From Acidobacteriota bacterium (lineage in GTDB: Bacteria > Acidobacteriota > Thermoanaerobaculia > Multivoradales > Multivoraceae): 64,000 bases of DNA. The stretch covers positions 23,951-87,950 of the forward strand of contig QQVD01000027.1 in the NCBI GenBank assembly GCA_003388555.1. The letters are read 5' to 3'. The notes under the pieces are model-generated. The model saw only the letters and a list, made by a program, of their open reading frames with translations, did no database searches and was not told where the DNA came from. Made by a program: the position numbers and the translations under genes. Positions 56,652-64,000 of this stretch are shown here, in pieces. The stretch's first letter is position 1; each line of letters starts with the position of its first letter.

Positions 56652-57887
56652 ATGCAGCGAGAAGACGAGGAGAGGCGGGCGTTGGCGGCGACCGATCGGG
56701 AGCGCCCGAGCGGCGAGGACGAGGCCTCCGCGGAGCAGACCTCGGAGCCTTCCGTCGAAGACGCCGGGGAGTCGACCTCAGAGCGGCCTCCCCGGTCCGT
56801 CGCCGGCCCGCACCGGTCGTCCTCCGGCGAGAAGGAGGACGGAGGCGATCCGGGCGGCGCGGCGGATGGTGGAGGTGAGGTCGAGGTCGCCGTCGAACGG
56901 CAGGGCGCGCCGGCGTCTTCGGCCGCCGCGAGCGCCGGGTCCGGCAGCGCCGAAACACCGAGTCGGGTCGAGGGCTGGTGGCGCCGCTTCGATGCCTGGC
57001 GGTCTCGCCTGCAGCAGCCGTGGCGCAGCGGCGACTCCCTGGTCGAGCTGACGCAGGCGGTGCGTCGCGACCTCGAGAGGACCCTGGAGCCGCTGGGCGG
57101 CGGCCGGAGGGTCTTTCCCTACGCGGGGGTCGTGGTGGTCCTGCAGCCGCGCGGCCCCGAGCAGGAGACCCTCTACCGCGCTGCCCTCGCCGAAGGTTGG
57201 CAGGAGCAGCTGCGCGAAGCGGTGGTCGAGCGCCTGCACGAGGCCGGCGCCCGACTGGATCGGCTCGATCTCGAGGTCCAAGTCCAGGTCGAGGAGCCCG
57301 AAGTGGACCCGGCCGAGGGCGCTTCGAGGTCGGCCTCGCCGGGCGAGTCCGCCGACGCCGGCCCCGCCTACCGACTCGAGCTGGTGCCGTTTCGCGAGGG
57401 CGATGCGGCGCGTCGGGCAGCGTCTGCCGGCGGGGAGGGCGATCGCGAAGGCGCGGCGGGCGGCGCTGCACCGGTGGATCGGGGCGAGGCGACGCCTCTA
57501 CGTCTGGTGGTCGAGGAGGGCGCTGCGCAGCAGGACGTCTACGAGTTCGAAGGCGGCTCCTCCCCCCGCATCGCGATCGGTCGCATGCGCGACGTCTTCG
57601 ACCAGCACGGCCGGATCCGAAGGCGCAACGATCTCGCCTTCGAGGACGACGGCGAGGTCAACGGCACCGTCTCCCGCGAGCACGCGCAGATCGCCTATCA
57701 GGCCGGTACCGACGACTACTGGTTGATCGACGATCGCAGCTCGTACGGCACCCGCATCTTCCGCGACGGCCGCGCGATCGAGGTCAGCAGTCGCGACCGG
57801 CGCGGCATCCGACTGCGCCAGGACGACCGCATCTACCTGGGTCGCGCCGTGCTTCGGGTCGAGCTCGGTCCGGCCGCAGCTGGATGA
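56652..57887 (+). CDS. Second FhaA-like protein (DUF3662-like N-terminus, acidic linker, C-terminal FHA domain)
   Basis: FHA core RIAIGRMRDV...NDLAFEDDGEVNGTVSREHAQIAYQAGTDDYWLIDDRSSYGTRIF; N-terminal region (LTQAVRRDLERTLEPLGGGRRVFPYAGVVVVLQP) resembles DUF3662. Confidence 0.75.
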   Translation: MQREDEERRALAATDRERPSGEDEASAEQTSEPSVEDAGESTSERPPRSVAGPHRSSSGEKEDGGDPGGAADGGGEVEVAVERQGAPASSAAASAGSGSAETPSRVEGWWRRFDAWRSRLQQPWRSGDSLVELTQAVRRDLERTLEPLGGGRRVFPYAGVVVVLQPRGPEQETLYRAALAEGWQEQLREAVVERLHEAGARLDRLDLEVQVQVEEPEVDPAEGASRSASPGESADAGPAYRLELVPFREGDAARRAASAGGEGDREGAAGGAAPVDRGEATPLRLVVEEGAAQQDVYEFEGGSSPRIAIGRMRDVFDQHGRIRRRNDLAFEDDGEVNGTVSREHAQIAYQAGTDDYWLIDDRSSYGTRIFRDGRAIEVSSRDRRGIRLRQDDRIYLGRAVLRVELGPAAAG

Positions 57888-57920
57888 ACCGGGCTTCGAC
57901 GCGGCGGCGCCGGGGCGTGG

Positions 57921-58733
57921 TCAGCGCGGCAGGCGCAGCACCTGCCCGGGTCGGATCGTCGCCGAGCGCAGCGAATTGGTGCGCTTGAGCGCGCCGACCG
58001 AGGTGTCGTGGCGCTTGGCGATCGCCCACAGGGTGTCGCCCTGCGCCACCCGGACCACGTCGGGGCGCTCGGGCTCGCCCTGCCGGAGGCGCGCCACGTA
58101 GTCCTTGTACTGGGTCGGGAAGAGGGCGACGTGGTAGTGCGGAGGGCGCGATTCGTAGGCTGCCTCGAGGACCCTGCGACCCTCGAGATGCAGCAGCACG
58201 CCTTCGAGCCAACGGCGGCAGGAGCGTGAGCGGCTGCGGCGCAGATCGATGCCCATTCCCGCCTGGTGCACCGAGTTGCGCGACGCGTTCGGCGGCTGCT
58301 CGAGCCGTGGCCGGGTCAACGAGGTGACCACCAGCTTCTCGTCGCAGGCGGCTCGGTACTGATTGGAGAGCCGCTCGATGAAGAGCACCACTTCAGGGCG
58401 AGCGTAGGGATACGAGACCCCAGAGAGCTCGAAGTTGCGGTTCGGCGAGACCCTGATGAGGTAGCCGCGATCGGCGAACTGTTTGACCTGGGTGCCGGTG
58501 CGCAGGAAGGTGAAGTCGTGGTCGCGCGCGACCTGGACCTGGCGCGACATCGCCGAGGAGCTCGGGCGCAGCGACTGCGCACCCACCGACGAGGCGAGCA
58601 GGACGAGCAGCGCCACGACCGGGAGAGCGGCGGCGATCGCGCGACGAGGCTGAGGGGATCGGCTCGGCGGCTTCATCGGCTCCAGGAGGTTCGAGCGATT
58701 CGGCAGGGAGGGCTTCGGCGACGACGAGCGCAA
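57921..58733 (-). CDS. Secreted LysM-domain protein
   Basis: Signal peptide; C-terminal LysM (VVRVAQGDTLWAIAKRHDTSVGALKRTNSLRSATIRPGQVLRLP); real start possibly the internal MKPPSRS methionine (~58676). Confidence 0.65.
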   Translation of the reverse strand: MRSSSPKPSLPNRSNLLEPMKPPSRSPQPRRAIAAALPVVALLVLLASSVGAQSLRPSSSAMSRQVQVARDHDFTFLRTGTQVKQFADRGYLIRVSPNRNFELSGVSYPYARPEVVLFIERLSNQYRAACDEKLVVTSLTRPRLEQPPNASRNSVHQAGMGIDLRRSRSRSCRRWLEGVLLHLEGRRVLEAAYESRPPHYHVALFPTQYKDYVARLRQGEPERPDVVRVAQGDTLWAIAKRHDTSVGALKRTNSLRSATIRPGQVLRLPR

Positions 58734-58997
58734 ACAAACCCAGAGACGGAGTCGGCGGCGCGTGCTTGCGCGGCCGCCGGAGCAGCGCCACAGCGTCGAT
58801 CCCGAGGGTCGGTTTGCTGCGTCTATCCTACGCGTTTTCTAGCAATTCTGTTTCGCCAGCGGGGAAGCGACGGCAGCGCGCCGGGCGAAGGGCTCCGACG
58901 GGTGCCGTCGGCGGTCGCCCCGTCGCGCCTTTCCCCTACGGACCGGTGCCGTCGTTTCTCCTCCCGGCTCTTCGCCAGGGGCGCCCTGCGCGAAGGG

Positions 58998-59711
58998 TTA
59001 CGGGCTCTCGACCGAGATCAGCTCGACCTCGAAGATCAGCGCTTCGTTGGGGCCGAACTTGGCGCCCGGAGGCGACTGCTGCCCGTAGGCGAGGCCGGCT
59101 GGGATGAACAGCTTGTACTTGGCACCCGGGCTCATCAGCTGCAGTCCCTCGGTCCACCCGGGGATCACCTGGCCGAGTCCGAAGGTGACCGGCTCGCCGC
59201 GCTGCACCGAGCTGTCGAAGACCTCGCCGTCGATCGTGGTGCCGTGGTAGTGCACCGTCACCCGGTCGGTGGCGGCCGGCTTGGCGCCCTCGCCCGACTC
59301 GATCACCTCGTACTGCAGACCGCTGTCGGTGGTCACGACGCCCTCGCGCTGCGCGTTCTCGGCGAGGAACGCCTCGCCCGCGGCGAGGTTCTCCTGACCC
59401 TCCGCCTGCATCCGCGCCTGGCGCTGCTGCATGAGCTGCTGCTGGAACTGCTGCAGGGTCTGGCCGATCTCCTGGTCGGTGAGCTGGAGATCCTCGCCGG
59501 CGATCGCCTCCCGTAGGCCACGCACCAGCATGTCGACGTCGATGTCCGAGGCGTCCTGAGCCAACTGCTGCCCGAAGTTGACGCCGATGGCGTAGGCCGC
59601 CTTCTGCTCGAAGGTCTCGAGCGAGCCCTCCTGGGCGCTGGTCGGGGAGTCGGCGCAGGCGGTGAAGAGGAGCGCTGTGGTGGCGAAGGCGATGCGGAGA
59701 GCTGCAGTCAT
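58998..59711 (-). CDS. FKBP-type peptidyl-prolyl cis-trans isomerase (FkpA/Mip-like, lipoprotein signal)
   Basis: Lipobox LLFTAC; N-terminal dimerisation helices; FKBP core TDSGLQYEVIESGEGAKP...VTVHYHGTTIDGEVFDSS...VIPGWTEGLQLMSPGAKYKLFIPAGLAYG. Confidence 0.8.
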   Translation of the reverse strand: MTAALRIAFATTALLFTACADSPTSAQEGSLETFEQKAAYAIGVNFGQQLAQDASDIDVDMLVRGLREAIAGEDLQLTDQEIGQTLQQFQQQLMQQRQARMQAEGQENLAAGEAFLAENAQREGVVTTDSGLQYEVIESGEGAKPAATDRVTVHYHGTTIDGEVFDSSVQRGEPVTFGLGQVIPGWTEGLQLMSPGAKYKLFIPAGLAYGQQSPPGAKFGPNEALIFEVELISVESP

Positions 59712-59959
59712 GGGATCCTCGCGAGCCGCTTCGTCGTGGTCGGCCTCGTCCTCGGCGGCGGATCGATCCGACGCATTGAGACGCACGCAACCTCGCGCTG
59801 GGAGCGGCAGTTTGGTTGGGGAGAGTTCAGGGACGTGGGGCGAAGTGGAGCGGGGCGCAGCGGCTGCCCGGATGGGGAGGCTGCAGAGCGCCGTGCCGGC
59901 CGTCGCCGAGTTCCAGCGGTGCCCGCGGACTTCTGGGACACCCACGTTCGCGGAGCAGT

Positions 59960-60688
59960 CTAGCCGCGCGCCAGCTTCTCGAACCAGGAGCGGTAGACGC
60001 GCGTTGGCTGGGCGCCCATCAGCACGCCGGCCGACTTGGCCTCGGGGTCCGTGACTTCGGCCCGCACCGCAGGGGCGCCCGAGGCGCCGAAGAATAGGGC
60101 CTCACGGTGCTCCGCCCGTACGCGGGCCTCCCAACGTGACGCGTCTCGGGGGCATTCCCCCAGTCCGGCGTGACGCCAGAGATCAGCGAGCACGTCTGCC
60201 GAGGTGATGTCGCGGTGGTCGCGGAAGTAGGCTTCGAACAGCGAGCGGTGCAGCGCCTCGGCGCGGCGACCCAGAGGCCGCGTCTCGGCATCAGTCGTGT
60301 CGTCGGAGCGACCGCCCGCCTGCTGGAGCTCGCGCTCTCGCGCCTCCTGCATCCAGAGATGCGGCGGCAGGCTGTGCGAAGGGGGGCCGTCGTCGCTCGA
60401 CCATCCCGGGCGGAAGCCCGCCGCGGGCTCCTCCTCGGCGGCGCGCCGCCACGAGCCGGTGTAGTCGCGGAACTGCTCGAGAGACCTCGGGCTGGCGGCC
60501 TGCTCGGGGCGCAGCAGGAAGCTCTTCCAGCGCAGCTCGAGTCTCTGCCCAGAGGCAGCCAGCTCGTCCTGGAGCGCTCGCAGACGGACCTCTGCGACCC
60601 AGCACCAGGGTCAGAGGTAGTCGGAGTAGACGACCAGGGTGACTTCTCGGAGGGTGTCGGTGCTGTCGTTGGGGTCGTCGTTGCGCAT
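59960..60688 (-). CDS. FrnE/DsbA-like thiol-disulfide oxidoreductase, candidate selenoprotein (in-frame TGA at 60611-60613 in active-site motif U-P-W-C)
   Basis: ATG at 60688 -> MRNDDPNDSTDTLREVTLVVYSDYL-TGA-PWCWVAE...; same frame continues without other stops into the 59960..60352 ORF (..LMGAQPTRVYRSWFEKLARG*), giving a ~240-aa DsbA-family protein. DsbA/FrnE consensus is SD(V/Y)xCPWC, so TGA occupies the nucleophilic Cys position. Confidence 0.6.
60575..60600 (-). ncRNA. SECIS-like stem-loop 13 nt downstream of the in-frame UGA
   Basis: mRNA: UGA CCCUGGUGCUGGG UCGCAGA GGUCCG UCUGCGA; 7-bp perfect stem, 6-nt loop containing GU, appropriate spacing for a bacterial SECIS. Confidence 0.4.
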
Positions 60689-60919
60689 GCGGTGCCCGGG
60701 GCAGCCGGGGGAGGTCGTTGCCTGAGTCTAGTCGCTGGCGTGAGGTGCCGCTCTACGGCGACGACCGTCCGCGCGACGTCAGCGGGGCCGCCGAATGCGT
60801 ATCCCGAGAGTGAACAGGCAGCCGACGATCCGAACCGGCGCCCCCCGGGATCCGGACATTCGCTGTGCGATGAAAGATCGAGCGTGCTTGCCGACCGCGA
60901 ACTCCGGGAGGGCAGACCG

Positions 60920-61417
60920 ATGATCACGAAGCAACCACCGAGCGTCCGCGTCCTGACTCCGCTGCTCGTGCTGGCGACGCTGATCCTGGCGGAAGCCGCA
61001 GCGGCGCAGCCGGTTCTTCCGGCCGTCACCAAAGGCGCAGGAATCTTCTCCGGCCCCCTCGACGTCTGTCTGATGCCGGCTCCGCCGGCCCCGGCAGTTC
61101 CGATCCCCTATACGGCGGTCGTCGTCGAATCCGGTGGCGGTTTCGCCAAGAAGGGCGACAAGGTGAAGATCAAGATCCGCGGCGAAGGTCTCGAGAGGAT
61201 CGGCTCGGTGGAGCTCTACCAGAACGGCCGCAAGGTCACCAACATCAAGGCGATGCTCCAGCGCCCGCGAGCGGGAATGCGGAACTCGACCGAGCGCGAG
61301 CTGACGCTGACCGTGGTCCGCGTCTTGCCCGCTCCTCTCGAGACGATCCGAATCCGCAGGCGCGTATCGACGGCGCCGGTCCTCTTCGAGCACCGAATCC
61401 CGGTGAACGCCATGTAG
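60920..61417 (+). CDS. Small secreted hypothetical protein (165 aa) with Lys-rich beta segment
   Basis: ATG after GGGAGG; signal peptide (LLVLATLILAEAAAAQP); unusual Lys-rich stretch (GGGFAKKGDKVKIKIRGEG) in a Lys-poor proteome. Confidence 0.45.
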   Translation: MITKQPPSVRVLTPLLVLATLILAEAAAAQPVLPAVTKGAGIFSGPLDVCLMPAPPAPAVPIPYTAVVVESGGGFAKKGDKVKIKIRGEGLERIGSVELYQNGRKVTNIKAMLQRPRAGMRNSTERELTLTVVRVLPAPLETIRIRRRVSTAPVLFEHRIPVNAM

Positions 61418-61478
61418 CCGGCGTTCGAGCTCGGGGCCGCTCCGCGGCACACGAGCCGATCGGCGTAGAGTCAGGGCC

Positions 61479-62282
61479 GTGATGGCCGAAGACCCCGGCA
61501 GCGGCGCCTGGCACGGCACCTCCTGGCAGTTCCCCGATCCCGACGAGAACGGCGCCCCAGACGTCGTCGGGCTGGGCGCCGATCTCGAGCCCGGCACCCT
61601 GATGACGGCGTACTGCAAGGGCATCTTCCCGATGCCGCTGTGCGCCGGCGGCCCGATCGCCTGGTGGTCGCCCGATCCGCGCGCGGTGCTCGAGCCCGAA
61701 CGCCTGCACGTCGGTCGCAGCCTGCGCAAGGCGGCGCGGCGCTACCGGGTGCGGGTCGACGCCGCCTTCGAGGCGGTGATCGACGCCTGCGCCGACCCGT
61801 TGCGGCCCAACGGCTGGATCGACCGCAGGATCCGCGACGCCTACGTCCGCCTGCACCGCCTCGGCCTGGCACACTCGGTCGAGGCCTGGGACGACGACGG
61901 CCTGGCCGGGGGCCTCTACGGCGTTTCGATCGGCGGTTTCTTCGCCGGCGAGTCGATGTTCTTCCACCGCCGCGACGGCTCCAAGGTCGCGCTGCTCGGA
62001 CTCGTCGAGAGACTGGCGGGCGCCGGGGACGGCGTGCTGCTCGACGTACAGTTCCTCACCCCTCACCTGCGCAGCCTGGGGGCGCGCGAGATCCGCCGAA
62101 CTGAGTACCTGCGGCGGCTGCAACGGGCGCTGGCGCTGCCGGCGCTCGACTGGCGGGCCGGGGCCGCCGCGCCTGACCGGATGGCGGTGTCTGGGAGACT
62201 GTCGGAGCTCCGCCCGCCGCAACCGCGGGGCGACGACGAAGCTGGAGGCCGAGCCGATGAGCGACGCGACGGGAACTCCTGA
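61479..62282 (+). CDS. aat: Leucyl/phenylalanyl-tRNA--protein transferase
   Basis: Signature YCKGIFPMPLCAGGPIAWWSPDPRAVL...GLAHSVEAWDDDGLAGGLYGVSIGGFFAGESMF matches L/F-transferase. Confidence 0.8.
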   Translation: MMAEDPGSGAWHGTSWQFPDPDENGAPDVVGLGADLEPGTLMTAYCKGIFPMPLCAGGPIAWWSPDPRAVLEPERLHVGRSLRKAARRYRVRVDAAFEAVIDACADPLRPNGWIDRRIRDAYVRLHRLGLAHSVEAWDDDGLAGGLYGVSIGGFFAGESMFFHRRDGSKVALLGLVERLAGAGDGVLLDVQFLTPHLRSLGAREIRRTEYLRRLQRALALPALDWRAGAAAPDRMAVSGRLSELRPPQPRGDDEAGGRADERRDGNS

Positions 62283-63321
62283 CCAGGACGGCTGCGAGCA
62301 CGAAGCGGCGCTGACCCGCCGCACTCTGGTGCTGGACGGGGGCGTGCGCATCCATGCCCTTCTCGCCGGGCCGGAGAACCACGACGCCTCCGTCGAGCTC
62401 CCGCCGCTGGTGCTGTTCGTGCACGGCTTCCCCGAGTCCTGGTACTCCTGGCGGCACCAGCTCCGCGCCGTCGCCGCCGGCGGTTGGCGCGCCGCGGCGA
62501 TCGACGTCCGCGGCTACGGCCGCTCCTCGAAGCCGGTACGGATCGACGAGTACCGGATGCTGCGCCTGGTTGCAGACGTCGTCGGCGTCGCCGACGCGCT
62601 GGCGCCCGAGACCCGCGTCTACCTGGTCGGCCACGACTGGGGTGCCCCGATCGTCTGGAACTCGGCCCTGCTGCGACCGGACCGCTTCGCCGGTGTCGCC
62701 GGGCTCAGCGTGCCCTGGGCTCCCACCACCGCCACCCGGCCGAGCGAGGCGTTCCGGGCGATGGCCGGAGAGCGCGAGTTCTACATCGAGGTCTTCCAGC
62801 AACCGGGCCGGGCCGAGGCCGAGATCGAGCGCGACGTGCGCGGCTGGCTGCTCGGCTTCTACTTCAGCGCCTCGGGCGACGCTCCTGCCGGCACCAACAT
62901 CGCGTTGGTGGAGCGTGGCGGCGAGGTGCGCTCGAAGCTGGTGTATCCCGAGGACGGCACGATGCCCGCGTGGCTGACCGAGGAGGATCTCGACTTCTAC
63001 GTCGCCGAGTTCGAGCGCAGCGGCTTCACCGGCGGGTTGAACCGCTACCGCAACGTCGACCGCGACTGGGAGGACTTCGCGGCTTTCCGCCGACGGCCGA
63101 TCGAGATCCCGTCGCTCTTCATCGGCGGCGGCAAGGACGGGCCCACCGTCTGGGGGCGCCCGGCGATCGACCGCTTCGGCGACACCCTGCCGGGTCTGCG
63201 TGGCTGCCACATCCTCGACGGCTGCGGCCACTGGATCCAGCAGGAACGCGCCGCTGAGGTCAACCGCCTGCTGCTCGACTTCCTGGCTGCCTGCGAGCAG
63301 CGCCGGACGGCCGTCGAGTAG
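62257..63321 (+). CDS. Epoxide hydrolase-like alpha/beta hydrolase
   Basis: Motifs LFVHGFPESWYSWRHQ (HGxP, oxyanion), nucleophile elbow VGHDWGAPI, C-terminal GCGHWIQQERAAEVN (catalytic His). Confidence 0.8.
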   Translation: MSDATGTPDQDGCEHEAALTRRTLVLDGGVRIHALLAGPENHDASVELPPLVLFVHGFPESWYSWRHQLRAVAAGGWRAAAIDVRGYGRSSKPVRIDEYRMLRLVADVVGVADALAPETRVYLVGHDWGAPIVWNSALLRPDRFAGVAGLSVPWAPTTATRPSEAFRAMAGEREFYIEVFQQPGRAEAEIERDVRGWLLGFYFSASGDAPAGTNIALVERGGEVRSKLVYPEDGTMPAWLTEEDLDFYVAEFERSGFTGGLNRYRNVDRDWEDFAAFRRRPIEIPSLFIGGGKDGPTVWGRPAIDRFGDTLPGLRGCHILDGCGHWIQQERAAEVNRLLLDFLAACEQRRTAVE

Positions 63322-63737
63322 ACGTCGGAGGGAACTTCGGGGCTCCGATCGGTCAGCGCCTGGTCCGGATCGATTCCGCTCGGCCAGTGCAATGCGGCGT
63401 CGCGATCAGGGCCCTGGGTGACCATCCATGCTGGCACCGGGTCCTCCTCGGAGCGGGCCCGCGGGCCCTGCCACGGTCGTCCCGCCCGCCCCGCCTGACC
63501 TGCCGTCTCTCGATCCCTCTACCTCCGGTCTTCTCGAAGATTCTCCGACTTTTCTCGGTGTCGATGACCGATGGCGCCACTCGATCTCGTATGTATCGAG
63601 TGAAGGAACCACATCACGGGAGCCGTCGCGCCCCCTGAGGTCGGTCGTGGACTCGCAGATCAGAGATCGGCGGGTCCCGCAGGCGATCGACCCTGCGGCG
63701 GCCCGGCCAGAGAACCCCAACCCAGGAGGGAGAACGA

Positions 63738-64000
63738 ATGAACCCGAGCGGATCCGATCGAACAGTCCCCCGCATCCCCACCGTCCTGCTGGCGCTCTGC
63801 GCGCTGGTGGCGCTCGGCACTGGCGGCGCGCTGGCGGCGCCACCCGCCGGCACCATCGTCGACATCGAGAACACCGGCGACAAGCTGCTGTTCTACCCGG
63901 CGGTCGAATTCGAGCGCATGATCCTCACCGTCACCGGCCCCTGCGGCTACGAGTTCCGCCAGGTCACCAAGGACCGGGAGATGGTCTTCGCGCTCGACGA
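63738..64000 (+). CDS. Secreted hypothetical protein (partial, runs off window end)
   Basis: ATG after AGGAGGGAG; signal peptide (VLLALCALVALGTGGALAAP); no family recognised in the 87 aa visible. Confidence 0.4.
   Translation, partial: MNPSGSDRTVPRIPTVLLALCALVALGTGGALAAPPAGTIVDIENTGDKLLFYPAVEFERMILTVTGPCGYEFRQVTKDREMVFALD

Overview
This is a 64-kb, very high-GC (about 70%) bacterial chromosomal window. Proteins are Lys-poor and Arg-rich, and most long antisense or alternative-frame ORFs are high-GC artefacts. I could support about 50 genes by reading motifs directly from the ORF translations; no BLAST or HMM search was possible. Gene content includes many Ser/Thr kinase and FHA genes, FixLJ, a TonB-dependent receptor, BlaR1 and a selenoprotein. 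This suggests a Gram-negative environmental lineage such as Myxococcota, Acidobacteriota or Gemmatimonadota, but the lineage is not determinable from the sequence alone.

Ordinary content:
- FeoA-FeoB iron uptake.
- A GalU-like nucleotidyltransferase and GalK.
- A FixL/FixJ-like two-component pair followed by tandem UspA and a CBS-pair protein.
- A TonB-dependent receptor.
- A BlaI-BlaR1(M56)-serine-hydrolase triad.
- Acyl-CoA dehydrogenases with an APH-like phosphotransferase.
- An MFS transporter.
- A GAF histidine-kinase/receiver hybrid.
- A CsoR repressor with a textbook operator beside a permease-HMA fusion.
- Aat, an epoxide hydrolase and an FKBP.

Most notable items:
1. A co-directional, tightly packed operon on the minus strand: flotillin (SPFH), then a haloalkane dehalogenase, then a 1960-aa giant protein. 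The giant protein carries a single MoxR/ChlI-like AAA+ module, an N-terminal beta-rich domain and very long coiled-coil regions. It is my best candidate for an undescribed membrane-microdomain-associated machine.
2. A FrnE/DsbA-like thiol-disulfide oxidoreductase whose active site reads U-P-W-C. It has an in-frame TGA (selenocysteine) followed 13 nt later by a SECIS-like hairpin.
3. An actinobacterial-style cell-wall signalling cluster: FhaA-like, a PP2C phosphatase fused to a TM segment and a periplasmic beta-helix, a Ser/Thr kinase, a single 1171-aa fused SEDS (RodA/FtsW)-class B PBP protein, and a second FhaA-like gene.
4. A BlaR1 signal peptidase whose sensor domain is replaced by ankyrin repeats.
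5. Several tandem-repeat or palindromic arrays in divergent promoter regions, and a remnant GGDEF fragment.
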